Positions 45,428 to 57,900 of a stretch of 64,000 bases of DNA are shown here, in pieces. The notes below the pieces were generated by a model. That model did not search any database, was not told the origin of the DNA, and saw nothing but the letters and a program-made list of their open reading frames with translations. The translations under genes and the position numbers were made by a program. The DNA is from Azolla caroliniana (Eukaryota > Plantae > Polypodiophyta): assembly GCA_043228905.1 (NCBI GenBank), contig JBHGNT010000007.1:5332001-5396000 (forward strand), given 5' to 3'. The first letter of the stretch is position 1, and the number at the start of each line of letters is the position of its first letter.

Positions 45428-46879
45428 ACGTGGAGCAACAAAAAGCAACCAACAATCGCTCTGTCAAGCACTGAGGCTGAATACCGAGGTGCTACCAATG
45501 CCACCTATGAAGCCATCTAGTTTCGGCGACTGCTGCAAGACCTGCGGTTTGAGGTCCCAACTCCGATCCTGCTCTATTGTGACAACATGAGCAGCATTCA
45601 GCTCACCAAGAACCCCGTGTTCCATGCTCAGATGAAGCACATAGAAGTCCACTATCACTTTGTGCGTGAGCGGGTTTTGAGCGGTGAAGTAGAACTTTGG
45701 TATGTTTAGACGGATCGACAAATTGCCAATATCTTCACCAAACCGCTTGGATCGGACAAATTACAACACTTCACCGAAATGTTTGGTGTTCAACATCTCG
45801 ACGTGCCACACTTGAGGGGGAGAAAAGGAAAGGGAATGGATGGCACCGGACAAGGAATCGGAGAGGAAGAAAGAACCAACAAAGGGGGAGACAAGAGGAA
45901 AAAGGAAGCTAAGCCGACGAAAGGAGTCGGCACATCTGAAAATGTCAGAACAAGCGGCATCGACAACAGAGTCAAGAAGGACAGAGCCGACCGGAAGAGA
46001 AAGGCCAAGACCCGGATGTGGTCCGGTGTGGTGAAGTGCCTGAAACTGGAAGACGAGTTGGAGAACACCGACTCGGACAAGAGTTGGAACGAATCGAAGG
46101 AAACCAATTCGGTTCAAGATTCGGATAACCCGGATCAACTAAAGGCCAAGCAGAAATGGACGCAACAGAAGTCGAACAACACGAAGGAACCGACGGGTCG
46201 ACAAGTGCCGGAGTCGCAACAACGAGGGAGTTGAAATGGGCCTGTTGAGCAGATAAGCTGACCGAGGAGGTCGAGGTGTGCAGAACCAGAAGGGTCGCGG
46301 CAAACAAGACCGGACCGGACGAGGAACGTGAGCGAGGCGGAGCAATGCTAGAAGGAGCTGGGTAGAAGAACCGGCTGCCATAGACACTAACACCACGATC
46401 CGAACTCATGTTGAGCTTGAGGGGGAGTGTTGAGCAAGCAAGCTCAACTAGATCCGGATCGGCTGAATAAGCCTGAGCCGGATTGGTATCCGAAAACAAC
46501 CGGCCGAATCGGGGAGCCGGATCAGAGAGTTGGATTTGAGCAGGAATCAGAAGCCTAGTAGTAGCCTAGACTACCAGGTAATCATTGTCTCACAGTTAGT
46601 TCAGTCGCACGTGTGAGCATTAAAGTACCTGTTAGTACTTTTGTCAGTCCTTTATGGACTTGTATAAATAGTGTTGTTTAGCATTTTGTATGCACAGAGT
46701 TTTAGAGTTAATTTTTTGAATATAGTTTTATGTTCTGCTCTCTCTGTCTCCTCTGTGTTTTAAGCTTTTCCATTAAACCTTCATCTCATTTTCTGTTGCT
46801 ATCCGGCTGAGCCGGTTCTGTCTGACGCTTCCGCACATTAACATTCACAGAATCCAACTATTGAAGTGAATCAGCTGTC

Positions 46880-47015
46880 TCCGATTCGTTCCAGCCCTTG
46901 TCTGAATCAGTCGCTCCCGATTCGTTCCGGCTCTTATCCGAATCGGTCGCTCCCGATTCGTTCCGGCTCTTATCCGAATCGGTCGCTCCCGATTCGTTCC
47001 GGCTCTTGTCCGAGT
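46880..47015 (-). repeat. 33-bp tandem repeat, ~4 copies, encoding SDKSRNESGAT-like units
   Basis: CCGATTCGTTCCGGCTCTTATCCGAATCGGTCGCTC repeated; see ORF 46858-47058. Confidence 0.92.
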
Positions 47016-50000
47016 TGATGTTCTCCAAATCGTCTTTCGGTTTCAGGCCCTTCACCACATCAGACCATTTCTAGGTCTTGGCCTTCTCCTTCCGGTTGGG
47101 TTTGTTTTACTTGACTCTGCCGCCGCTGCCGCTCGTTCCGACTTGTTCGGATGTGCCGACTTCCTTTGTCGACTCGGCTTCCTTTTTCCTCTTGTCTCCC
47201 CGTTTGTTGGTTCTTCCTTTTCCGGTTCCTTGTCAAGTGCCGTCAGTAGTTTCTTTGCCTTCGCCCATTATGGCACTGGTTTCACTAGTTTCTTCGCCTT
47301 TCAAGTGCGGCATGTCGAGATGCTGAACACCAAGCATTTCGGTGAAGTGCTGCAACTTGTCCGATCCGAGCGGTTTGGTGAAAATGTCGGCAACCTGCCA
47401 ATCTGTCGGAACATACCGAAGCACGACTTCACCGCTCAGGACCCCGCTCACGAACAAAGTGATATTGCACTTCTATATGCTTTGTCTGAGCATGGAACAT
47501 AGGGTTCTTGGCGAGCTATATGCTCCTCATGTTGTTACAGTAGATTAGGATCGGGATCGGCACCTCGATCCGAAGATCTCGCAACAGTGGCCAAAGCTAG
47601 ATGGCTTCACAGGTGGCATTGGTAGTGCCCCGATATTCAACCTCAATGCTCGACAGAGCCACTGTTGGCTGCTTTTTGGTGCTCCACGCAATAACTGCGC
47701 TACCAAGGGAAAACATGTAGCCGGAGGTGGATCGGCGATCCGATGCATCACCAGCCTAGTTAGCATCTGTGTAGCCGACTAGCTTGTCAATTATACCATG
47801 CCAGTATAACAGTCCCCGGTCCTTTATGCCGCTCACATACCGTAATATTCGATGTGCGCACTGAAGGTGCTCCACGGTTGGCTTCTGCATGAATTGGATG
47901 ATCACACCGACCGGATAACTAATGTCGGGTAGGGTGATTGTCAAGTAGATAAGGCTTCTGACTATTTTCGGAACCGTTTCTCATCGTAGGCTGGTTCGGA
48001 GTTGGGATAGAGCTTCTGGTTCCGGTCTAGGGGTGTGGAGATAGGTCGGCATTCCGTTATGCTGAACTTGTACAACATATTCAACACATAGTGTTATTGC
48101 GAGAGCAATATGTAGTCGGGGGTTCAGATCACCTCGATCCCAAGGAAATAATGAAGGTCCCCTAGGTCCTTCATCTCAAATGCGTCTAAGAGTTGGGCCT
48201 TGACACGACCGATTTCATTAAGTCTGTGTTCGGTGATGACTAAATCATCTACGTAAAGTAAGATACAAACCGGACCATCCAGACCCTGCGAGATGAACAA
48301 CGATGAGTCAGATTTAGAGGTCACAAACCCCATCTTACGTAATCGGTGTGTGATTTTTGCATTCCAAGCTCAGGGGGCTTGTTTCAGACTCTAAAACGAC
48401 TTCTTAAGCCGGCACACCGCCGACTTGTTCATCTCTGACTGAAAACCGGGAGGTTGGATCATATAGACCTGTTCTTCAAGGTTACCTTGAAGAAATGCAT
48501 TCTTCACATCCATGTGGTGAAGATGCCACCTCCTTGCCGCAACAACCGCCAGTACCACACGAACCGTCATCATCTTCGCTATCGGAGCGAAGGTCTCGTT
48601 GTAGTCGATTCTGTGAGTCTGTGCGTATCCCTTCGCCACTAATCGGGCCTTGTACCGGTTAACCAAACCGTCGACATTGTACTTTACCTTGTACACCCAT
48701 TTGCAATCGATCGGTTTACAGTGTCGGGGAGGGTCAATGAGGTCCCATGTGTCGTTGGCATCGAGTGCCCACATTTCTTCTTCCATAGCGGCATGCCAAT
48801 TTGTGTCCTTGGCCGTTTCTGGGTAGCTCTCCGGCTCACGCACTTCTGCCACTTTGGTCATGTACGCATAGTGATGCGCCATGTACTCATTGTACCTGTA
48901 CTACGTAATGGGGTTCTTCTAGCGGGAAGACCGGCATAACTTGTCATCACCTGATTTGAGGCCCTTCTTGGCCGGTTCGGACTTCGTTCTCGAAGATCCG
49001 CCTTTATCCTCTCCGGAGTTGGATTTGCTCCGATTCGACTCAACGTTTCCGGTTTCGTATTCCGACATCTTCTTCTTCCCCTTCTCTTTGCGCATGAACC
49101 GTCTCCTCGGTTTCTTGCGTGGGGAGAGCACGATAGAGTCTCCAGTACTCGCCGGTTCTTCATCCGATTGGTCACTTTGACCTAGTCGCTCGTTCGGTCC
49201 ACTCAACCGAAACGATTCCGAACTCTCTTCTAGAGTCTCAAGCTCGTCATCTTCTATCTGAACCGGTTCAGGCTCATTGACCTCATCCTCTAGGATTGGG
49301 TCGGAGTCGGAAGTCGGAGTCGGTAGAGAGTACCACGATGCCGTCTCGTCGAACTCAACATCTCGGCTTACTCGGACTTGTTTCGTCCGGGGGTTATAAC
49401 ACTTATACCCCTTCTGCTCATGTGAGTAACCGACTAGGATGCATTTCTCCGACTTCGGATCCAGCTTCCTCCGCTTCTCGTCTGGTACATGCACATATGC
49501 TATGCTACCGAATATCCGAAGGTGCCTCAAATTCGGCTTCTGTGCGAAATACAACTCATGTGCTGACACCTTGTCTCCAATCCGGTTTTGGATGTAGACG
49601 GTCGTCCGGACTGCCTCATCCCAGTAGAATTGGGGCATGCTTTTCTCCTCCAGCATTGCCCTTGCCACGTCAACAATCGACCGGTTCTTCCTTTCGGCCA
49701 CACTGTTTTGCTCCGGTGTGTATCTGGAGTTGAATTCTCTTCGAATTCTGTTCTGCTGCAAATAACTGTTGAATTGGCCGGAAAAGTATTCTTTTCCGCC
49801 ATCCGACCGTAGGCACTTGATCTTCCTCTCCGTTTCCCTTTCGACTAAGCTTTGAAGGTTCCAGAAATAGTCGAAGACTTCGCTTTTCTTCTCGATGAGG
49901 TAGATCTACGTGTGCCGGTTGTAGTCGTTAATGAAGGAGAAGAAATACCGACTCCCGCCAAGATTAATGTTTTGTGTTGGTCCGCATACATCCGAATGGA

Positions 50001-50404
50001 TTAAATTGAGCTTGTTATGGCTCCGGTTTCGTTCGGTGGGGAATGGAAGCCGGTGTTGTTTCCCGAGTTGGCAGACTTCACAAACTTGGGCTTTCCAGCC
50101 ATTGAATTTCGGCAAACCGAACACAACCTGTTTTGATTGCAGGTCCTAAAGCCTCCGATAATTGACGTGGCCGATCCTCTTGTGCCAGAGATCGATGTCC
50201 GATTCAATGTCCTTTGGCAAACATGGCGGTGTCGACGTCATTAGTGTTGAGGAATAACATCCTCCCTTCTCTGCGCCCTGCGCGATTTTCGGCCTTCTTC
50301 CTCGATGAAGCACCCGAGGTGTGTAAACCGCACATGCATCCCTTGGTCGACGATTCGTCCAATTGACACCAGGTTCTTTGTGATAGTCGGAACATGTAGT
50401 ACGT

Positions 50405-50923
50405 TGTCGCGTTGTTACATGCGTGCATGTAGAAGGGGCGGGACCACCGGGGTCTCAGACTAGGGAGTAGAGGAGAAAGAATAAGACACAAAATGGAAGC
50501 TTAGCTCAAGAGGAGGTGAGAAAGAATAAAGACAATAACGTAAAATAGACGGGCAAGATGCTCAACAAGTTAGCTTAAGGAAACACAAACGCTTTACAAT
50601 GGTGGCCGCCATGGCCTCACCAAACGACTATATGAAAAACCCTAAAGGAAAACCCAAGAAGAAAACCCTAACCAAAACCCTAAAACCGAATAGGAAACAC
50701 TCGACCTAAGTGGTATGGCTCTCTCCCTAAAAATAGGCAACCCCTCATAAGTGACCCCTCCCTTCCTTTTATAGCCCAAGGAGGGAGGGACCTTACAATG
50801 TGGGATAGAATTTCCCCTCTTATTTCTATACACCATTTCCTAGTATACATGTGCACATGGTGCACACCATCGATTTGCCTATTCCACCCCGGTTTCCGCC
50901 TATGGACGAAAATCTTCACGACA
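50405..50923 (-). mobile_element. Gypsy solo LTR 2 (519 bp) inserted in the Copia D protease region
   Basis: Termini TGTCGTGAAGA..AACGCGACA on the minus strand. Perfect TSD ACGT (50401-50404 and 50924-50927). Confidence 0.94.
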
Positions 50924-52478
50924 ACGTTCATCACCTTCCCTTTTTGTCCGACATGGCTTAAAGGGACTTCTCTGACATGCACAAGCGGGTGAGGGGTGTC
51001 GTCTCCGGTTTCAACAATTCCCCGTTGTTTCGGTTTTTCCAAAAAGGAGAACCACTCTTCATGGCTCGTCATGTGGTTGGACGCTTCGGAATCAACGTAC
51101 CATACTTCCTCCGATTTGGAAGTAGTCTTCTTCATTGAGTTAGCTTTGTGCTTCATCACGAAGGCTGGCCCTTTACTGGTGTTCCCATTTTTGGATCCTT
51201 CTGATCCTTCTGCGTAGTGCGAGCTTTGCCGGATCCGGATTTGTCCAAATTGGCGCGCTTCTTCCAGCACTTGCTTTCCTTGTGGCCCTTTTGCCACAAT
51301 ACTAGCATTCCGTTTCGGCTTTTCCTTGCCGGCTTCTGGTGCCGCTTTGACTCCCCCTATTTGTGGAGGGTTTGGAACTATTGTCGGCACTACCTCTATG
51401 CCTTCGGTCCTGCTCTTGTCGGATGCCTCCATTGCATGCCGACCCACTCGTCCTCCATGTCCACGGGCCCGATCCAACTCCATGTATAGCATCCGGTTGT
51501 CCGATTGAGTGGTCCTCGATCCACTCGCGTGGTTTTCTTCAACCATTAACATTGATTGTAAGTTGAAGAAGGACGGTGGCTTCTCCTGGGTGTAGATCGC
51601 TCTCCGGATTGGTCCGTACCTTTGTGCTAGACCACCGAGGCTGATTTGAACCATCTCGTCTTCGTCCACTGTCACATTGATGGACCCGAGCGCGTCACAA
51701 ATCTCCTTTATCTTGGTGGTGTAGTCCGTAACCGACATGTCTCTTTGCCGGATGTTGTTTAGCTCTTGCCTGAGCTGCCACTTACGGGTTGTGGTACTCG
51801 CGACAAAAATCTTCCTCAGATTTCCCCAGGCCTCCTTCAGCGTTTTTGCATCCTTTATGTAGTCGAGCATCAGGTCGTGCACATAGAACGCAAGGCAATA
51901 CAATACTCGGCTTGCTCCTTGCTCCCATACCGGGAAGTCATTGTGTGTCGGCAACGACGCTATCTTGTTTGTTCGTTCCACGAAGCTTCAATATCCGTGT
52001 CCCAGCAGGTATTGGTGCATCTTGTATGACCAGGATGCGTAGTTGCTCCGGTCGAGCTTCTCTGTTGGAAGTGAACTCGCCATACCTTTGTCCATACCTT
52101 TTTCTATTTGTTGTTACTGGTTATTAAGTTTTGTCTACGAAAGCAATTATCGGTTGTAGAGGTTCTCAACCCTCGTGCTTTGATACCGTGTCAAAGTTAA
52201 CCTGCGGAAGCATTAGACAGGACCTGCTCAGCCGGATAGCAACAGAGAATAAGATGAAGGTTTAATGGTGATTCACTTAATACATAGAGAGTATACACAG
52301 GAGAGACAGAGAGAGCAGAATGTAAACGTTGATTCAAAATAACTCTAAAACTCTGTACATAGAATGTGCTTAGAGAGCACTTTTAAACAAGTCCATAAAG
52401 GACTGATAGATACTTCAATACTCCTACGTGCGATTGACACTAACTACGAGACAATGATTACCTAGTAGTCTTAGCTAC

Positions 52479-52850
52479 TACTAGTCTTATTCAGCCGATC
52501 CGGATCCGGTTGAGCTTGCTCGCTCAACAATAAATCTACTGACGACTCCGACAACGTGAGCAATGTCAAGCCATGTTGCGACCATCGCGTACACCAAGGA
52601 GTTGACTGTCGGTGCATATGGTACCGACTTCTTATCTTCCCCCTCCGGACAAGCTGTCTCAACGTACTAGTCTTATTCAACCTATCCGGATCCGGTTGAG
52701 CTTGCTCTCTCAACAATAAATCTACTGACGACTCCGAGAACGTGAGCAATGTCAGGCCATGTCGTGACCATCGCGTACATCAAGGAGTTGACTGTCGGTG
52801 CATATGGTACTGACTTCTTATCTTCCCCGTCCGGACAGGTAGTCTCGTTG
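52479..52850. repeat. 186-bp tandem duplication of the D-LTR/host junction
   Basis: TACTAGTCTTATTC starts at 52479 and 52665. The LTR end, TSD ATAAA and host RT sequence each occur twice, with several substitutions between copies. Confidence 0.9.
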
Positions 52851-54974
52851 AGACAGCCGAAGATTGATTGAGAGCGGGTTTGAAGCAAATTTGGCCGATT
52901 GCATGTTGAAGTGTTCTAGGACACGACCGATATAGTCGGATTGAGATAGAAATAGTTGCCGTTGATTTCGATTCCGACTTATCTTCATCCCGAGAATGTG
53001 TCTTGCCGGACCGAGGTCCTTGATGGCAAACTTCAACTGCAGTTGCCGAACAAGTTCGACGAGCTCACCGGCATGCCGGCCGGAGAGTAGCATGTCGTCC
53101 ATGTATATGATGAAGAAGATGGGTGACCCATCTTGAGTTGCTTTGGTGAAGAGGCAGTGGTCGTCATCGTTCTTTGAGAAGCCGATTGATTGGATGAAGT
53201 CGTCAGACTTGTTATACCACTGTCTTGATGCCTGTTTTAGGCCATATAGATTCTTCCTGAGTCGGAAGACTAGATGTTCCTGGCCGGAGGCCACAAAGCC
53301 TTTCGGCCGCTCCATATCAATTTCCTCCTCTAGGTCACCATGGAGGAATGCCGTTTTTTATCTAGCTAAATTAGTTCCAAGTTCTCGGCTGCCACTATGC
53401 CAAGCATAAAACGAAGGGTCGTCATTTTCACCACTGGTGAAAAGATCTCGTCAAAGTCGATGCCATATTCTTGTGGAAAGCCCTTTGCTACTAGTTAGGC
53501 CTTGAATTTTGGGGTGGACGAATCAGACGTCTCTTTTAATCTATAGACCCACTTGCATGGAAGAGCATGTCGATTCTTCGGTAATTCGTCCAGCTCCCAA
53601 GTCTTGTTTGCCCGAATGGAGTTCATTTCCGACTCCATCGCTAGATGCCATGTGGCTTAATCGGCTGATACCGATGCTTTTTTGTATGACATCGGTTCGC
53701 CGACATCTGTAAAGAAGATTCTAGGAGATTACCTCTCCGGGGGTTGTGATAGTCGCTCCAATCTTCGAGGTATGACTAGACGAGTCGCGTCGGGTGTCGG
53801 AGTCTGTTGGTTCAAAGCCAAATCATTCGGTGCCGAGTCGGTGCTAGAGGATTCGGCTACCCATGAAGCCGACCTCGTGTTATGGGTTGGCCCATCATGA
53901 AGAGCTGGCACATATGAGAAGGTTTCCCTTCGGACTTCAATAGGCCTTTTGGCTGTCTTGTGCATAGCCGACTCATTGAACACTATGTCCGAACTTCGAA
54001 CAATTTGTTTGTGCTTGGGGTCCTGGAGTCGGTATCTGAACTCGTCGTCTAGTCCATAGCCAAGGAAAATACATTTCCTGGACCTCGGTTCTAATTTTCG
54101 GCGCTTGTCTTTTGTTATGAGGGCGTACGCCTTGCATCCGAAAATTCTTAGCTTGTCGTAATTCAGCTTCCTGCCGGTCCATAATTCCTGAGGTACTTGA
54201 AGTCCTAGAGGCCGCCTCAACGACATATTGATTATTTGTATTGCAATAAGTAGGGCCTCTGCCCAGAAGCCATCCGACAGTCCGGAGTGTTGGAGCGTGG
54301 ATACTATCCGTTCTTGAATTGTCAGATTCATTTGTTTGACAATTCCATTTTGCTCCACACTATAGGGCGTCGTATATTCACGTCGAATGCCGCGCTGTCA
54401 GCAAAGTGTGACGAATTCTTCAGACTTGAACTCTCCCCTATTGTCAGTTCGAAGGCATTTCAGCTTTCGATCAGACTGGTTCTCTACCATGGCAAGCCAT
54501 TCATGGAAGATCGAGAACACTCGATCTTTGGTTCTTGCTGGGTAAGCCCACACTTTCTTGGTTGAGTCATCAATGAAATTGACGAAGTAGGAGGTGCCAC
54601 CAAGGGATTGATGTGGAATTGGACCATAGACGTCCGGATGGACTAGATCAAGTGGACTTCATTCTCTCAGTGATGCCGTCGGTTGTGAGGCTACGGCTTG
54701 CTTGCCATATTGACAATGCTCACAGAACTAGTGATCCGAGAAGGGGAGTTTGGGGATATATCCGGCTCTAGATAAATGCGTGATGCCGGCCTTGCTGAGG
54801 TGTTCGAGTTGTCCATGCCATAATGATGACATAGGAATATCAACCAGGAACAAGTCACCCTACCCTCTCTGAGTGTGACATATAGCGGGTACAGAGAATG
54901 TACTTTCGGTCCTCGAGCAAGTAGGAGGTTCCCTCCTATGGAATGTCCACCCTCTTGATGAGAAGCTGGCACGG

Positions 54975-57900
54975 TGTGGCGTTGTTACGCGCGTGCGTAT
55001 AGAAAGGAGGGACCACGGGGGTCCTGGACTAGGGAGTGACGGAGCACAGGAAGTCGTGCTTCACCCTCTTCGGGGCACCCCAGGAGCACACCGGAAGCAA
55101 CCGACCGAGAGAGATAAAGAGAGGGAGACAGAGAGGGAGCGCGCGCTTGACACCGACTCACGCACACACACACACACACACATCGACCCGACTCACGCCC
55201 TTATGTGCAGGAAACGCAGGAAAGGGGAAGCACCCGACACCAACAGAGACACGAGTATACACAGACAGACGCAAAAGTATGTATTACAAGGGAAAGAATA
55301 CAACCCCGGCTTCGAGCCGGACCAAGCTAGGGTAGGTTACAACAGCAGTTTGTAGCCAAGCCGCCGTCTGGGGAGCTCTCGGGCTCGTCACGCAGAGCAG
55401 GGTCTTGCACAGGAGACCGAGCGGGAACAACCCTCCACAGTCCACCCACACCGCAAAGAAGAGGAAGAAGAAGTAGAAGAACTAACCCTAAATCTAACGG
55501 TATACCCTCTAACACAAAATGGGCAACCCCTCTACAAGGGACCATCCCTTCCTTTTATAGAACAAGGAGAGGGATGCGTTACAATGTGGGATAAATCCTG
55601 ATTTACATGGGATTCTTCATCCCGACTTGACTCTTATTATTCACACAATTACATGAGTGTGAGTGCACATGGTGCACCCCGCCGATGTAGCCAATATTTC
55701 CCGGTTTCTGCCTCTGGACGAAATTCTTCACGACATCCGCCCCCACCTAACCGCATGTCCACTGGTACGTGCCAAATCCGGTGAAGGGTGAGAGATTTCG
55801 GCCGGTGAGAAACCGGTCTTCCGTAATCCGCATCCCGGCTCGCTGTCGGTTTGAATCGTCGGCTGCGATTCTCCCTTCACGCTTACCTCTCCGTAGGCTT
55901 GTTCGACCCGTCGATGGGTCCTTCGCCGTGATCTCCGTAGTACGCGTACTTCCGCTGGGCCTTGTTCAGCCGTATGCACGCTCCGTTCTCCGCCGTACAT
56001 CCGTTGCCCTTCGCTTGAGGAACGCCCGTTGTGGCCCGCCTGGCCTCCGTCGACCATTCATGTCGTCCTGATCGTCGTCCCACATTGTTCCCCGCCGCAT
56101 TCGTCCCCTTGCTGCCACCTTCCTTCTCCTTGGTCTTACGTCGCTACGTCAGCTCGGACCGCCAAGGCCTTCGGAACTGTCTGGAGGTTCCTTCTCCGGT
56201 CTTCTACGCACGACCTCCGAACCGGGCGACCCATTCTTCACGCTCACCTTTCCGGTCCGGCACCTCCGTGTGCCGTCTTCCGCTTCCTTTGTTCGGCGCC
56301 ACCTGTGCCGAACACCGTCCCGTAGTCACGCTTCGATCCGGCCCGCGATGGCCCCTTGCGAGACTCTTGTTCTGCTTCGTTTCTTTGCTTGCCGAAATTC
56401 AGGGTATCTTTGTTTGAGTCCCTCCCGGATTTTCCTCGTGTCTTCCGCGTAGTCGGGTCTCGTTTCCCGCCGCCACCAACCTCTCTTGGTCTCATGTTAC
56501 CACGTTGGCTGAACAACCAGAGTCTCTGGTTTGGTGTGGGGATCCCATAGGACTGGACTTCCTTATGCCCACTCACCTTGTCGGAAGGTTTGAGATGGTT
56601 CGTAGCCGCCTTGCCGACCTGATACCTTCTTTCTCTGCTTCCGTCGTCCGATCACGTTCACCTGCCGCCACCGATCTCCCCTATAGGACTCACGCCGGCA
56701 CTCGGGCTGACCGCCGGATCGGTGTGAGGATCTTCGTGGGACCTCGGTTTGCCCGCCCTTGTCCCCCCGCCGCCACCGTCAGTATCTTGATCTTACGCCG
56801 ACCGCGCTGTTGACTGCCGAAGTCTCTAGATCCGGTGTGAAGGATCCTCCTTGGGCTCCTCGTATCCTTGACCCTTATCCCGGGTCTTTCTTCTTTCGCA
56901 AGTCGAGAGGGTGGCTTGCTCCACACCCTCTCCCATGGTACCGACGTACCGTGTTCCCGGCCTCTTCGTAGGCCTGCTCTCTTCCTCCCTCCCGGAATGG
57001 TTATCTGGGAGTCCGCTCCGCCCGGTTCTCGTCCGGGTCCGTTCGTCATTCCCCGGATTGCCGGGTCCCGTTTTCCTGTCGCCACCGACCTCTCCTATAG
57101 GACTCACGCCGGCACTCGGGCTGACCGCCGGATTGGTGTGAAGATCTCATGGGACCGGTCTTTGTTCTCCTCTTCATCCCCGTACTTCTCCGTAACTCGT
57201 CGCCGCTCTCCTTGCTGCATTCCCGCCTCCATCTTCCATCTCTTTCGGTCTTACGTTGCCCCGTCGGCCGAACAACCGTAGTCTCCGGATAGGATGTGGC
57301 GTAACCGATTTCGCAACGTCTTTCGGCAACTCGTCTGGGCCACCGCCCCCTTTAGTGGTGTCAGTGGATAGCATCTGTTTTGTGATCAATCAAGCCCCAC
57401 CTGAGCTTGATTCTCCAATGTTCGGAGTTTCGGCTCCGATGCCGATCTTGCCAGACTCTTTCCGAACCTCTGATCACCCTCCTTCCAATTCTCGACCTTC
57501 GCCTGGTCGGTCTTTCTCCCCATGTAAAAGAGGGCGGCTCGTCCCGCACCCTCTCCCGTATCGGCACCTTTATGCTGAATCCGGCCCCGATCGAACAATC
57601 CACGACTGGATTACGCTCCACCCGTATCGGAGCGTCGCGTGGTTCGGTTCCCGGTCGGGTCGTTCCTTGGTCAAGAGGGCGTTTTGTTCCGCACCCTCTC
57701 CCGTGGTACCGTGGTACCGACCTTCCGTCATCGCGTGGGGCAAGTCCGTCTCCTCAGTCTCGGCTTGCGACCTTGATCTTTCCTCTTCCTCGAGCATCGC
57801 CTCGAGAGCTGCGTACGCCTTCGCAATCCTGGCCCCAACGCTGACCCTTGCCGACTCTCTTTGTTGTTCGGCCTCTTCTCGCTGTGATGGCATGCCGTCA

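Larger units (their letters stand above)
26917..46849 (+). mobile_element. Copia F: Ty1/Copia element inserted in D's 3' region, split by Gypsy B and Gypsy C
   Basis: 5' LTR 26917-27361 and 3' LTR 46428-46849. Perfect TSD GAATC (26912-26916 and 46850-46854). PBS TGGTATCAGAGC at 27362. PPT CTTGAGGGGGAG at 46416-46427. Decayed polyprotein in three pieces: 27456-28226, 35270-38382 and 45428-46234. Confidence 0.95.
46858..52095 (-). pseudogene. Copia D polyprotein, decayed
   Basis: [60 protein letters not shown], with many stops. Confidence 0.92.
26248..52529 (-). mobile_element. Copia D: Ty1/Copia element of the same family as A and F, split by Copia F and solo LTR 2
   Basis: 3' LTR 26248-26627 and 5' LTR 52189-52529. 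Perfect 5-bp TSD ATAAA (26243-26247 and 52530-52534). PPT at 26628-26639. Mutated iMet PBS at ~52177-52188. Confidence 0.94.
18838..54974 (-). mobile_element. Copia G: oldest host Ty1/Copia element (Tnt1-like RT), envelope coordinates; split by A, D and E
   Basis: Surviving pieces: integrase and RT at 52530-54974 (EQNGIV, FWAEALL, RIFGCKAYA, RKCIFLGYG, LYGLKQASRQWY, IYMDDMLL); RT-end, RNase H and 3' region at 25511-26247 (RKSTT, GAISWKSK, ATSTTEVEYVA). The RT reads through once D is removed at TSD ATAAA. The left end at TG 18838 is tentative. Confidence 0.8.
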
